Shown: positions 46,672 to 57,221, numbered from the stretch's first letter. The stretch: DNA of 64,000 bases from Actinomycetota bacterium (GCA_002721755.1 PBLL01000039.1:2089-66088); one strand, 5' to 3'. Notes: generated from the sequence alone by a model not told the origin. Translations and numbers: made by a program.

Positions 46672-47904
46672 ATGAGGATAAAAAGATTTTTTAACAAAAG
46701 GCTTAGATCTGTACGTTTGCCTTTTCATCCTCGTGCATATAGCGATGATATTCCTGCCTCAGGAGCATGGTCTATCGACAAAGGTGTTGGCAACCGAAAC
46801 TTTCTTAAGGTAGTTGATGGACAGCCGTTTGTGCTTGAGAGTGGGGAGACTCTGGAACACATCGAAATGGCTTACGAGACATGGGGCGAACTTTCCGAAA
46901 AGTCAGATAACGCGGTACTCGTTTGCCATGCCCTGACAGGCGATTCACATGCATATGGGGATATTGAGGAAGGTCATCCAACGCCTGGATGGTGGAACGG
47001 TCTAATCGGTCCGGGTTGTGCATTAGATACCGAGAAATATTTCATTGTTTGTGTCAATGTCCTCGGAGGTTGTCAAGGTTCTACAGGACCCGCGAGTATT
47101 AACCCAAAAACCGGTAAACAGTTTGGACCTGATTTTCCTGTAATAACAATAAGAGACATTGTTAGGTGTCAAAGGCGTGTAGCTGACCATCTAGGAATCG
47201 ACAAATGGAACTGTGTCATCGGAGGGTCCATGGGAGGCATGCAGGTTCTTGAATGGGGTGTAATGTTCCCAGATAGAGTTTCTTCTCTGGCGCCTTTAGC
47301 TACAACATTGAGGGCTAGCGCCCAACAGATTGCTTGGAGTGCAATAGGAAGAACCTCTCTTTCCTTGGATCCCAGATTTAGAGGCGGCAACTACTACAGA
47401 GCTGCACCGGGAGATGGTCCTACAGCTGGGCTTGCAATTGCACGTTCGTTAGCTCAGACAACTTATAGAAGTGAAGAGGTTTATTCTAAAAGGTTTGGAA
47501 GGCATCTGGTTGACCCACGTTCCATATACGGTCTTTGGGACCGATTCCAAGTGGAGTCATATCTCGACTATCACGGAGAGAAATTAGCAAGAAGGTTTGA
47601 TGCCAATAGTTATTTGGTGCTCAACAGGGCAATGGATTTGCATGATTTAGAGCGTGATAGAGGGAGCTTAAAAAATGCTTTAGAAAGAATCGCCCGTGTT
47701 CCCGTCATCACCTTGAGTATTTCTTCAGATGCTTTGTATCCCGCTTACCAGCAGGAAGAGCTAAAAGAGGCAATAAATCAAGCAGGGGGAGATTGTGAGT
47801 ATCATATGATCGACAGTCCAGATGGGCATGATGGTTTTCTTTTAGCGGTAAAAGAAATTGGAGTGCATTTAGAAAGTTTTCTATCAAAGGTCAGTACCAA
47901 GTAG
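46672..47904 (+). CDS. metX: Homoserine O-acetyltransferase
   Basis: CHALTG, GGSMGG nucleophile, RFDANSY, GHDGFL. Confidence 0.93.
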   Translation: MRIKRFFNKRLRSVRLPFHPRAYSDDIPASGAWSIDKGVGNRNFLKVVDGQPFVLESGETLEHIEMAYETWGELSEKSDNAVLVCHALTGDSHAYGDIEEGHPTPGWWNGLIGPGCALDTEKYFIVCVNVLGGCQGSTGPASINPKTGKQFGPDFPVITIRDIVRCQRRVADHLGIDKWNCVIGGSMGGMQVLEWGVMFPDRVSSLAPLATTLRASAQQIAWSAIGRTSLSLDPRFRGGNYYRAAPGDGPTAGLAIARSLAQTTYRSEEVYSKRFGRHLVDPRSIYGLWDRFQVESYLDYHGEKLARRFDANSYLVLNRAMDLHDLERDRGSLKNALERIARVPVITLSISSDALYPAYQQEELKEAINQAGGDCEYHMIDSPDGHDGFLLAVKEIGVHLESFLSKVSTK

Positions 47905-47961
47905 TTATGTAAACCATTCACTACAAAAAACCTTTTAGAGTCAACAGGTACTACGATTTGT

Positions 47962-48354
47962 ATGAGGGCGCAAAAAATGAACAAGACAAAAATTTTTTTA
48001 GCAGTTGCCGTTTGTTCAATTTTTATACATTTTTTGGATCTAGATATTTCCTCGGCACAAAATATGACAATCGAGACAATCCCTCCAGAAGTTGATGAGA
48101 GTGGACACACAACTGAAGAGAGAATCGATCAGATAGTTATTACTTTGAGGATCTTGGCTGGAGTGGTGCTAGTTGGAACTCTAGGCTTTTGGTGGCATAC
48201 AAAACCGAAAAAATCTTCGATAGGCCAAGCCGAAGACAAGGAAACTGCAGAAATTAAGCCTAAAGAGAAACAAGTTGATCCAAGTTTTCCTCCTTGGAAT
48301 AGCACTAAAGATGTCGACGAAATGACTGATTCTGAATCTTCGTCAGATAAGTAA
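47962..48354 (+). CDS. Hypothetical small membrane protein
   Basis: Signal-like N-terminus, one TM helix, charged tail; fills the intergenic space. Confidence 0.6.
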   Translation: MRAQKMNKTKIFLAVAVCSIFIHFLDLDISSAQNMTIETIPPEVDESGHTTEERIDQIVITLRILAGVVLVGTLGFWWHTKPKKSSIGQAEDKETAEIKPKEKQVDPSFPPWNSTKDVDEMTDSESSSDK

Positions 48355-48393
48355 AACGCATAATGCTTGACGATTGGTAGGGTGATTGCCTAC

Positions 48394-48466
48394 GCGGACG
48401 TAGCTCAGCTGGTAGAGCATCACCTTGCCAAGGTGAGGGTCGCGAGTTCAAATCTCGTCGTCCGCT
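48394..48466 (+). tRNA. tRNA-Gly(GCC), CCA not encoded
   Basis: Acceptor GCGGACG/CGTCCGC, anticodon arm TCACC-TTGCCAA-GGTGA, T-loop GTTCAAATC. Confidence 0.97.
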
Positions 48467-48514
48467 CAAATAGAAGTAAAATAAAGAGCGGAATCTACTG
48501 ACAGCTGGAAAAAG

Positions 48515-50320
48515 ATGACAGAAATTAAGACAACAATTGATTTTGATCCTGATGTCTTAAGAGCTAAGTACAAGACTGAGCGTGATAAACGTATTCGCCC
48601 AGACGGAAATGAACAGTACATCGAAGCCGATGGCATTTTTGAGCATTTTGCAAAGGACAACAATAAAGGAGAACTCCTCCGGCGAGAACCGCAAAGCCGC
48701 GAAGTGGACGTAGTTGTTGTAGGGGGAGGTTTTGGAGGATTAATTGCTGGAGCAAGCTTAAAAAAAGCAGGCATCGAGGATGTTGTTTTAATCGAAAAAG
48801 GAGCTGACTTCGGAGGAACTTGGTACTGGAATCAATACCCAGGAGCTCGATGTGATGTCGAATCCTATATTTATCTGCCACTGTTAGAAGAAGTAGACAA
48901 AATACCTACAGAAAAATATGCAAGCGCACCAGAAATACAAGAACATGCCTGCTCAATCGCCCGCAGATTTGATTTAGACAAAAATGTTTGCTTCCAGACA
49001 GAGGTAAAGACACTCAAATGGGACACAGAAACGAACAGGTGGATTGTACACACTGATCGACAAGACGAAATGAAAGCAAGATTTGTCATCATGGCTTCAG
49101 GACCGCTGCACAAACTAAAACTTCCAGGAATATCGGGTATAGATAGGTTTAGTGGGCACATGTTTCACACCAGTCGCTGGGATTATGAATACACAGGAGG
49201 TTCGCCTAAAGATCCCTTGATGCTTCTAGGAGACAAACGTGTCGCTGTAATTGGTACTGGTGCAACTGCGATCCAGTGTGTTTCACACTTAGGAAAAGCG
49301 GCAAAGCATCTTTATGTTTTTCAAAGAACCCCATCTTCAGTTGATTTCAGAGGCAACCGCCCAACGGATCCCGATTGGGCAGAATCTCTAGAACCAGGTT
49401 GGCATAAAGAAAGAATGGAAAATTTCAACAATCTTGTATCAGGGGTACCGCAAGAAGTTGATCTTGTCGATGATTGCTGGACTGACTTGATAGGCAATAT
49501 CGCAGACATGTACAGAAGGGGCGCTGTACAACCTGAGATGGATTTGTTGGAAGTTCTAGAGATGGCAAATTTCGAAAAAATGGAGTCAATCAGGAAACGA
49601 GTTGAAGAAAACATTGATGACCCCGAAATCGCAGAGGCTTTAAAACCTTGGTATGCACTGTTTTGCAAGAGACCGTGTTTTGATGATGAATATTTGCCTA
49701 CATTCAATAGAGAAAATGTCGACCTTATTGATACAGGTGGGTTAGGTGTAGATGAAATTACTACTAAAGGTGTGGTCGTAGCGGGACAAGAGTATGAAGT
49801 TGATTGCATAATTTTTGCAACAGGTTTTGAAGTCGGAACCGGATATGAAAGACGAGCAGGGTGTCAAGTAGTTGGAGAAGATGGTAGAACGCTTACAGAA
49901 AAATGGGACGAAAAAGGAGTTTCCACATTGCACGGTTTGCAAACGCGTGGTTACCCCAACTATTTCATGCTTAGTCCCAGCCAAGGTGCTTTCACGGTTA
50001 ATTTTCCTCATTTGTTGGAAGAGGCATCAACAAATGCTGTACACATTATCAAACATATGTTTGATAATGGTCATTCAGTTGTAGAAGTTGAGGAAGAAGC
50101 TGAAGAACAGTGGGTTAAAACAATAATCCAAAAAGCGCGTGCACCCATTGGAGCAGGACCAGGAAGCACCGAATGCACCCCGGGCTATTACAACAACGAA
50201 GGTCATTTAAATGAAAAATCGCGGCAAGGAGCTCCTTATGGTGGGGGGTCAATTGAATTTTTTAATTTGATGAAAGATTGGCGTGATAGCGGAGATTTCA
50301 AAGGTCTTGAATTCAACTAG
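48515..50320 (+). CDS. Type I Baeyer-Villiger monooxygenase
   Basis: GGGFGG, GGTWYWNQYPG, fingerprint FSGHMFHTSRWD, GTGATAIQ, ATGF. Confidence 0.92.
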   Translation: MTEIKTTIDFDPDVLRAKYKTERDKRIRPDGNEQYIEADGIFEHFAKDNNKGELLRREPQSREVDVVVVGGGFGGLIAGASLKKAGIEDVVLIEKGADFGGTWYWNQYPGARCDVESYIYLPLLEEVDKIPTEKYASAPEIQEHACSIARRFDLDKNVCFQTEVKTLKWDTETNRWIVHTDRQDEMKARFVIMASGPLHKLKLPGISGIDRFSGHMFHTSRWDYEYTGGSPKDPLMLLGDKRVAVIGTGATAIQCVSHLGKAAKHLYVFQRTPSSVDFRGNRPTDPDWAESLEPGWHKERMENFNNLVSGVPQEVDLVDDCWTDLIGNIADMYRRGAVQPEMDLLEVLEMANFEKMESIRKRVEENIDDPEIAEALKPWYALFCKRPCFDDEYLPTFNRENVDLIDTGGLGVDEITTKGVVVAGQEYEVDCIIFATGFEVGTGYERRAGCQVVGEDGRTLTEKWDEKGVSTLHGLQTRGYPNYFMLSPSQGAFTVNFPHLLEEASTNAVHIIKHMFDNGHSVVEVEEEAEEQWVKTIIQKARAPIGAGPGSTECTPGYYNNEGHLNEKSRQGAPYGGGSIEFFNLMKDWRDSGDFKGLEFN

Positions 50321-50400
50321 TTTTGTATTTACCCGCTTCGGTGGGAGGTTTGTTTACTCGTTATTATCGCTTTACCGATAAAAATATAAGAGGGAGATCC

Positions 50401-51180
50401 ATGGGAGAATTAGACGGACGGGTTGCCTGTGTGACTGGCGGAACCCGTGGAATTGGAAGAGCGATCGCAGAGGCATTTCTAGACGAAGGTGCCCAAGTAG
50501 TAATAAATGGAAGAAGTCCTGAAAAAGGTGAACAAGCACTTTCAGAAGTAGGGGCTGGAGAAAGTTTGCATTTCATTGCTGGTGATGTAACTCAACAAGA
50601 AGTGTGTGAAAGCCTCATAGACCAAACAGTTGAACATTTTGGAAAAATTGACATCATGGTAAATAACGCTGGTGGGGGCGGAGAAGCAGCACCGTTAGCA
50701 GAAATGAGTGATGAGATTTGGAATTATGTCCTCAATTGGAATTTGAATCACCCAATGTGGTGTATGCGAAGAGCTTTGAAACACATGATCCCTCAAGAAT
50801 GGGGTCGGATAATCAATATTTCCTCCATGTATGGAAAAACTGTTATCCCAACTAATTCTCATTATGTAACCACTAAACACGGACTGAACGGTCTTACAAA
50901 GGTGGTCGCACATGAAGTTGGAACGATGGGCATAACAGTCAATGCATTGTGCCCCGGTGGAATCTTGACGGATGTAATGAACGAACAAGGTCCTGTTGCA
51001 GCGGAAGCTTTGGGTATGGAGTTTCAAGCTTTCTTAGACATGATGGCTGAACCTTCAGCTATCAAAAGGTTAAATGAAGTTGAAGATGTCGCCCTTGTAT
51101 CAGTTCTTCTAGCATCAGAAGCTGGAGCTGGTATAACAGGTTCACTAATAAACGTCGATGGCGGCCAGGTGCCTTACTAA
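50401..51180 (+). CDS. SDR oxidoreductase
   Basis: TGGTRGIG, NNAG, YVTTK; start ATG 50401 with GGGAG RBS. Confidence 0.92.
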   Translation: MGELDGRVACVTGGTRGIGRAIAEAFLDEGAQVVINGRSPEKGEQALSEVGAGESLHFIAGDVTQQEVCESLIDQTVEHFGKIDIMVNNAGGGGEAAPLAEMSDEIWNYVLNWNLNHPMWCMRRALKHMIPQEWGRIINISSMYGKTVIPTNSHYVTTKHGLNGLTKVVAHEVGTMGITVNALCPGGILTDVMNEQGPVAAEALGMEFQAFLDMMAEPSAIKRLNEVEDVALVSVLLASEAGAGITGSLINVDGGQVPY

Positions 51181-51194
51181 ACTAGGAGATTCAG

Positions 51195-51974
51195 ATGGGA
51201 AAATTAGAAGGAAAAGTAGCAGTTATCACCGGAAGCACAAGAAGCATAGGACGTGCGGTAGCGGAAGCTTATATTGCAGAAGGAGCCAAAGTTGTAATTA
51301 GTGGTCGTTCTGAGGAAAAAGGTCAAAATGCTTTAGACGAAATGAATGCAGGTGAAAATGCTCATTTCATAGCTTGTGATGCAGGAAAACAGTCAGAAGT
51401 TGAAGCACTAATAGATGGAACTGTTGAGCATTTTGGAAAACTTGATATTGCTGTTTTAAACGCTGGTGGCATTATGGGAGCTGCTCCAATAGCTGAGATG
51501 ACTGATGAAGTTTGGAACCATGCTGTTGATCTAAATTTAAACCATACTTTTTGGGGAATGAGGAAATCATTATCACATATGATTCCGCAAGAATCAGGAC
51601 GGATCATTGCAATGTCGTCGATGGAAGGAAAGTTGGCCAAACCTACAGTTGGCAACTATACGGCTAACAAACATGCAATAAACGGTCTTGTAAAAGTAGC
51701 TGCTCACGAAGTGGGAACTCTTGGTATAACAGTTAATGCCATTTTGCCGGGTCTGGTCCTCACAGACATGTTCTACGAGTCAATGCCTGCCACCGCTGAG
51801 ACAATGGGAGTTACGTTAGAAGAGGCAACAGCAATGTTTACTCAACCATCAGCAATAAAAAGACCAAATACGGTTGAAGAAGTAGCTGCTGTTGCAGTCA
51901 TGCTTGCTAGAGATGAAGCCCGTAATTTCACAGGATGCCTATTCCCTGTGGATGGCGGAACGATGCCATACTAA
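51195..51974 (+). CDS. SDR oxidoreductase (paralog of the upstream gene)
   Basis: TGSTRSIG, LNAG, YTANK. Confidence 0.92.
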   Translation: MGKLEGKVAVITGSTRSIGRAVAEAYIAEGAKVVISGRSEEKGQNALDEMNAGENAHFIACDAGKQSEVEALIDGTVEHFGKLDIAVLNAGGIMGAAPIAEMTDEVWNHAVDLNLNHTFWGMRKSLSHMIPQESGRIIAMSSMEGKLAKPTVGNYTANKHAINGLVKVAAHEVGTLGITVNAILPGLVLTDMFYESMPATAETMGVTLEEATAMFTQPSAIKRPNTVEEVAAVAVMLARDEARNFTGCLFPVDGGTMPY

Positions 51975-51980
51975 AACAAT

Positions 51981-52760
51981 TTAATCAGATTGTTCTTTTA
52001 TCCAAGAAGGAGATCTTTTTTCTAAATAAGCTCTCATGCCTTCTTGGGCTTCCTCTCCTTTAAAAAGTTCAGCTGACAGTTTTGAGGTCCAACTAAAAGC
52101 TTCATCTATTTGCATATACGGCACTCTTAATGTCAACTGTTTAGCTGCTGCAATTGCTTCTGGACCTCCGGCTTTAATGTCAGAGATTACTTCTTCAACT
52201 GCTGAGTCGAGTTCTTCGGCGGGTACTGCAGCGTTGATCAGTCCCATGCGAACAGCTTCAGCAGCTGAAAAACGGTTACCTCGAAGAAAAGCTTCACTCG
52301 CTTCAGAGGGGCGCATTTTTGGAAGGCAAAGCACAGAAATAATCGCAGGTGCTACCCCTATACGAACTTCAGTAAAACCAAATTTAGCTTCTTCTGTGGC
52401 TATTGAGATATCCATTGCAGCAGCTATACCCATCCCGCCTGCTACACAGTGCCCAGCTATCTTTCCTATATAAGGTTTTGATGATTTTCTAAACCTTCCA
52501 AAAATCTCTAAAGGATCAACTGGTTTGGTCGCAGAATCACCTCTTTTATTAGACGATCTTTCTGACAGGTCTGCTCCTGCACAGAAAACACGACCGCTAT
52601 TGGTCAAGACAACTGCCCTGACTTCAGAGTCAAGTTCTGCCTCATCTAGAGTTCTTGCTAGTTCAGATGTGAGACCTACACTTAGGGCATTTCGGTTTTC
52701 CTCATCAGATAGGGTCACGGTTAACACGCCATCATCAAATTCTGTTTCAACTAAACTCAT
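51981..52760 (-). CDS. Enoyl-CoA hydratase (AtuE/LiuC-like)
   Basis: FCAGADL, GHCVAGG, FTEVRIGVAPA, EGMRAYLEKR. Confidence 0.88.
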   Translation of the reverse strand: MSLVETEFDDGVLTVTLSDEENRNALSVGLTSELARTLDEAELDSEVRAVVLTNSGRVFCAGADLSERSSNKRGDSATKPVDPLEIFGRFRKSSKPYIGKIAGHCVAGGMGIAAAMDISIATEEAKFGFTEVRIGVAPAIISVLCLPKMRPSEASEAFLRGNRFSAAEAVRMGLINAAVPAEELDSAVEEVISDIKAGGPEAIAAAKQLTLRVPYMQIDEAFSWTSKLSAELFKGEEAQEGMRAYLEKRSPSWIKEQSD

Positions 52761-53557
52761 TTCTCACTCCTTCTAACCGGACCGTCCGTCGGAGGTCCAG
52801 CAAAAGCTTGTGCCAGTTCCATCCAGTCCTTTGCGATATCTCCTTTTATCTCAAGTTCAGTATCTTCTAAGTGTCTACGTTGAGTAACTACAAGGCAGAA
52901 ATCTCTTGCATTTCCCGCTACAGAATTTGATGCATCTGAAGGACCCCAGGTCCAATTCTGATCATCCGGTCCAGTCAACGAAATGTAAACCTCTCCTTCA
53001 GGTATTTCTAGACGTCGATTTATGTAGGACCATTCACGAGTTATAGCACCCAGATGAGCGATATGGCGAAGCCTTGAAGTGTCAGGACGTTCACCTCCTA
53101 CAGCATCAATAATGTCTTGTCCGTGTGCCCAGGTTTCCATAAGTCTTGCTGTAAGAAATGAATTGGACCCCATGGAGGGACCATACCAGATGACACGACT
53201 ATCATTTTCGAGAGTTGAGGCTGCGTTTTTCAAATTTTCGCGACCTTCTCTCCACGAGCTCAAAAGAGCTTCTGGTGTCATTGAACGGTAGACACCAAGC
53301 GTGAAATTATCGGATGATTCGTTCCCATTTACCGCAGATGCTACAAGATCATCAAATGAGGCTCTGAATCTGTCCGGATTGGTGATAGCCAAAGCAGCTG
53401 CATTGTCAAAATAAGTCAAGTGTCCGATTTGATCAGCGACGTCCCACCTTTCGCTAGCAGTAGGAGTGTTCCACAGTCGGTTGTCCAGTTCCGCGACTAC
53501 ATTATCTAACGATTTCTGTTCTGCGATCAGATCTTCAATTGTTTCATTTACGTTCAT
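52757..53557 (-). CDS. TIGR03084-like metal-binding protein (mycothiol-dependent maleylpyruvate isomerase/DinB superfamily)
   Basis: WDVADQIGHL, ARLMETWAHGQD, VTQRRH, AQAFAGPP. Confidence 0.8.
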   Translation of the reverse strand: MNVNETIEDLIAEQKSLDNVVAELDNRLWNTPTASERWDVADQIGHLTYFDNAAALAITNPDRFRASFDDLVASAVNGNESSDNFTLGVYRSMTPEALLSSWREGRENLKNAASTLENDSRVIWYGPSMGSNSFLTARLMETWAHGQDIIDAVGGERPDTSRLRHIAHLGAITREWSYINRRLEIPEGEVYISLTGPDDQNWTWGPSDASNSVAGNARDFCLVVTQRRHLEDTELEIKGDIAKDWMELAQAFAGPPTDGPVRRSEK

Positions 53558-53578
53558 GTGTTTTCCTTGACTTAATTT

Positions 53579-54244
53579 TCATTCGCTTTGCGAAGTTAGT
53601 CCTGCAAGTATCAAATCCAATGCCTCATCCGCTGCTTCTTTAGGTGATGATCTCAAAGAGCCAATCACCTCAGGTCGAGAAAAGTCACGACCGATCCCTG
53701 CCATCAGCCTTGCTATTGCTGCAGTGTCAACATTTCCTATCTCACCGTTTTCTATAGCAATGTCTAGTAGTCGGCGGGTGATTGAGATCAAGTAGGAATT
53801 ATGGTCTTCGATCAGTTTTTGAGCAGATGGAACTGTTTGAAGATCTCGAGCAAAAGCTTCTGTAGTGTTAGCAGCTGCCACATTTGCGGCTTGCAGATAT
53901 GTTCGAATAGCTTTTAAGGGTTGCATGTTGGGGGATATAGCAGACATTGCTGTTCTTCCTCTTGCCCAGAGATTTCTTTCAATCACGATTAGAACTAGTT
54001 GCTCTTTGCTGGGAGCCAGACTGTAGAGAGTTCTTAAAGAACAGTTCAGCTCTTTGGCTATTTCTGCCATTGTCAGATTAGCGAACCCCCCATTAAAAAG
54101 TTTTCCTAAACCTGAGAGAAGGTTACGTTGCCTCTCAGTCAGTTCAGTTTCTTTCTGCTTTGAAAGAAACATCTTTGGAGGACGAATTTCTTTCAAATAG
54201 GAGTCGATACTCGCTGTGTGCTGTTCGAGAAGGGCGTCTTTCAT
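53579..54244 (-). CDS. TetR/AcrR-family transcriptional regulator
   Basis: GFANLTMAEIAKELNCSLRTLY..PSKEQL HTH. Confidence 0.85.
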   Translation of the reverse strand: MKDALLEQHTASIDSYLKEIRPPKMFLSKQKETELTERQRNLLSGLGKLFNGGFANLTMAEIAKELNCSLRTLYSLAPSKEQLVLIVIERNLWARGRTAMSAISPNMQPLKAIRTYLQAANVAAANTTEAFARDLQTVPSAQKLIEDHNSYLISITRRLLDIAIENGEIGNVDTAAIARLMAGIGRDFSRPEVIGSLRSSPKEAADEALDLILAGLTSQSE

Positions 54245-55461
54245 TGTTTTCTAGCTTCCATCCATGTTTTACCTTCTTCAACATCTATGTCACGTGGAAG
54301 ACCAAGTACTCTTTCTGCAACAATATTTCGTTGCACCGCAAAAGTTCCTCCACCTAAGGTGAGAGCAGGGGAGAAAAGAAACCCAAAATGCCAAATAGGG
54401 TCTGTGGTAGGAAAGTTTCTCTTGTCAATATTTACTTGTGTGGGACCATGGCTTAAAGAAGGGTCTATTTTTCCAGTAGGACCAGACCCTTTGATCATCC
54501 CTGATGCATTACAGAGATTTTTAGCTGTTTCCATCACATTTTGTCCATGGTAGTCGGCCATCAATTTCTGGATGGAAGCTTCAGGACCGGGAACCTTTCC
54601 AGCGAGCCGTGCGCTTAAAGTCCTCAACCTGTTGAGTCTAAGTACCTCAGATTCGCAGTATAGATTCATCAACCGTTGTCGGATAACTGGATCATCTTCT
54701 CCGCCGGAATCTTTTATCAGGTCGAGAAGAGTGTCCATCGAAGGTCCGTCACCCCAAAGTGACCCTCCTGCAGATAAAGAAACACGTTCGTTCGCAAGTG
54801 TCATTCTCGCTAACCTCCAACCATCACCTTCTTCTCCTACCAAAAGTTCAGCTGGAAGTTTTACATCGTCAAAAAAGACTTGGTTAAATGAGTGGGCGGT
54901 TGTCATATCGACTATTGGTTCCATTGAGATTCCAGGAAGATCCATAGGGCATATGAAATAAGAAATGCCTTGATGTTTGGGCTTATCAGGATTGGTGCGT
55001 GCTATTAATATTCCGAATGATGCCAGATGAGCGCCGCTAGACCATATTTTGGAACCATTCACCACATATTCATCTCCATCACGAAAAGCTCGAGTAGAAA
55101 GATTAGCTAGATCGGAACCCGAATCAAGTTCACTAAACAACTGACACCAGAAATCTTCACCATTTAAAATACTTGGGAGAAAACGTTCTTTTTGTTCATC
55201 AGTTCCGGCAGCCAGAATTGTTGGACCGGCCCACCCTATTCCTATTGGGTTGGCAGGGCGGCTTATTCTCGCTCTTCTGAGTTCTTCATCTATTATCAAC
55301 TGATGTATAGGCTCAGCTGAAACCCCCCAAGGCTCAGGCCAATGTGGCACGACATATCCTGCATCGACCAATTCCTGTGCAGTTGGGTCAGGATTTTTTG
55401 ATATCCATTCTCTAATTTCTAATCGCCTTGGATCATCGTCTGCAGGAAAGTCAAAGTCCAT
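54241..55461 (-). CDS. Acyl-CoA dehydrogenase
   Basis: WCQLFSE..GSDLA, NGSKIWSS, GWRLA..LANER, GGTFAVQRNIVAER. Confidence 0.9.
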   Translation of the reverse strand: MDFDFPADDDPRRLEIREWISKNPDPTAQELVDAGYVVPHWPEPWGVSAEPIHQLIIDEELRRARISRPANPIGIGWAGPTILAAGTDEQKERFLPSILNGEDFWCQLFSELDSGSDLANLSTRAFRDGDEYVVNGSKIWSSGAHLASFGILIARTNPDKPKHQGISYFICPMDLPGISMEPIVDMTTAHSFNQVFFDDVKLPAELLVGEEGDGWRLARMTLANERVSLSAGGSLWGDGPSMDTLLDLIKDSGGEDDPVIRQRLMNLYCESEVLRLNRLRTLSARLAGKVPGPEASIQKLMADYHGQNVMETAKNLCNASGMIKGSGPTGKIDPSLSHGPTQVNIDKRNFPTTDPIWHFGFLFSPALTLGGGTFAVQRNIVAERVLGLPRDIDVEEGKTWMEARKQ

Positions 55462-55463
55462 GA

Positions 55464-57221
55464 CTATCTAATAAGTCCTTCAGGCAAATCCACTACTCTG
55501 GCACGAAGCCATTCTCCGAAACTCTTAGCTTGACTGTCTTGTCGAGTGGAAGCAGCAACACCTTCTTCTAAAAGCCCGTGGACCACAAAGTTAAGTGAAT
55601 AAATTTTCGGAAGCCGATACCTATCTATTTTCAAATCAGCAGTCTCCGGTAAAAGTTCTTGAAATTTGTCAGTAGTTAAAAAGTTGTCTAACCAAACCCA
55701 TGCCTCTTCGCTACGAGCAAAAACACCGAGATTGGCATTACCGGTTTTATCACCAGATCTTGCTCCTACTATTAGCCCGAGTGGAGCTTTTTTAGTAGAA
55801 CCAAAATCGGTTTTCTCAATTTTCTCATCTGCTGAATCAATGACAAAAGAAGTTCCTAGAATACGTGATTCGACTACAGTCCTCTCACCCTCAAGAAAAA
55901 TAACATGCTGTGGTACCAGATCGCTTGGAATAAGAGCAGGCCAATGGATTCCAAATGGTCTAGCATTTCCTCCACCGCCAACCCCGAACATTCCGGGTAT
56001 TGTTGCCAATCCCAGTTCATTTACGGAATTGAATATAGCCCTACCAACTTTTCTTTCATCAGAATCTTTCACCGTTATCTTCCACAATGCAACGGCTTCT
56101 TCGTTGGTTTCAGGGTCGTCCTTATCAGTCCTTACCAACTTGGTTTTAACTGATTCAAAATCAGCAGGTTCATAAGGACAGGCCTTCCAGAATGCTTCCT
56201 CTACAAGATCTGCTTTTTCATCAATATCCAAACCGGTTAAAGCGATAGACATGTCGGTCCTGAAGCCTCCAAGCTTGTTCATTGACACTTTCAAGGTTTC
56301 TGGAGGTGGTTCACCTTTAACTTTTTCAATTTGAACCCGATCAGAAGACAGTTGTTTCAACTCCAAAGAGTCGAACCTTGCAGTTACATCAGGACCTAAA
56401 TAGGAAGGTGAGCCGATTTCATAAAGAAGTTGTGAAGTGACAGTACCTATAGAAACCTCTCCGCCTGTTCCATCATGTTTCCCGATTACAGAAGACCCAT
56501 CAGAAGCAATGTCTGCCCAAGGGAAACCGGTTCGGCTCATTCCATCAACTTCAGTAAAGAAAGAGTAATTTCCGCCGGTTGCTTGAGTCCCACATTCAAT
56601 TACATGACCGGCAACCACCGCACCGGCAAGAGCATCCCAATTATCTCTTGTCCATTTGTGATGCCAGGCAGCGGGTCCGCAGACAACCGCTGCGTCAGTT
56701 ACACGTCCAGTTATAACAATGTCAGCCCCTTTATTGAGTGCATCAACTATTCCCCAGCAACCCAGATATGCGTTTGCGCTTATGTAGCTTTCAAGGTCGG
56801 TGATTTCTTCTCCCGTATCCATGTGTTTGAAGTCAATTCCTGAATCAGCTAGCTCCGGTAGACGTGACAAAAGATTGTCACCTTCTATATAGGCGATAGA
56901 AGGGTTCAGTCCAATTTTTTCAGCTGCTTCAGAAACGGCTTCAGCGCAACTGGCTGGATCAAGTCCTCCAGCATTGCTCACCACCTTTATGTTTTTCTCC
57001 ATACAGGTAGCCATTACTTGTTCCATCTGGGTCACGAAAGAACGAGCGTAACCACCATTTGGTCTCTTAGCCTGAGTTCTGGCCAAGATCAGCATCGTCA
57101 GTTCCGCCAGCCAATCACCGGTCAGAACGTCAATAGGTCCATCGTCAACCATTTCTGCAGCAGCAGAAAGGCGGTCTCCATAAAAACCAGAGCAATTGGC
57201 TATACGAATCGGGTTAGTCAT
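55464..57221 (-). CDS. Acyclic terpene utilization AtuA-family protein
   Basis: NCSGFYGDR, DWLAELTM, GHVIECGTQATGGN, ARSGDK.GNAN. Confidence 0.9.
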   Translation of the reverse strand: MTNPIRIANCSGFYGDRLSAAAEMVDDGPIDVLTGDWLAELTMLILARTQAKRPNGGYARSFVTQMEQVMATCMEKNIKVVSNAGGLDPASCAEAVSEAAEKIGLNPSIAYIEGDNLLSRLPELADSGIDFKHMDTGEEITDLESYISANAYLGCWGIVDALNKGADIVITGRVTDAAVVCGPAAWHHKWTRDNWDALAGAVVAGHVIECGTQATGGNYSFFTEVDGMSRTGFPWADIASDGSSVIGKHDGTGGEVSIGTVTSQLLYEIGSPSYLGPDVTARFDSLELKQLSSDRVQIEKVKGEPPPETLKVSMNKLGGFRTDMSIALTGLDIDEKADLVEEAFWKACPYEPADFESVKTKLVRTDKDDPETNEEAVALWKITVKDSDERKVGRAIFNSVNELGLATIPGMFGVGGGGNARPFGIHWPALIPSDLVPQHVIFLEGERTVVESRILGTSFVIDSADEKIEKTDFGSTKKAPLGLIVGARSGDKTGNANLGVFARSEEAWVWLDNFLTTDKFQELLPETADLKIDRYRLPKIYSLNFVVHGLLEEGVAASTRQDSQAKSFGEWLRARVVDLPEGLIR

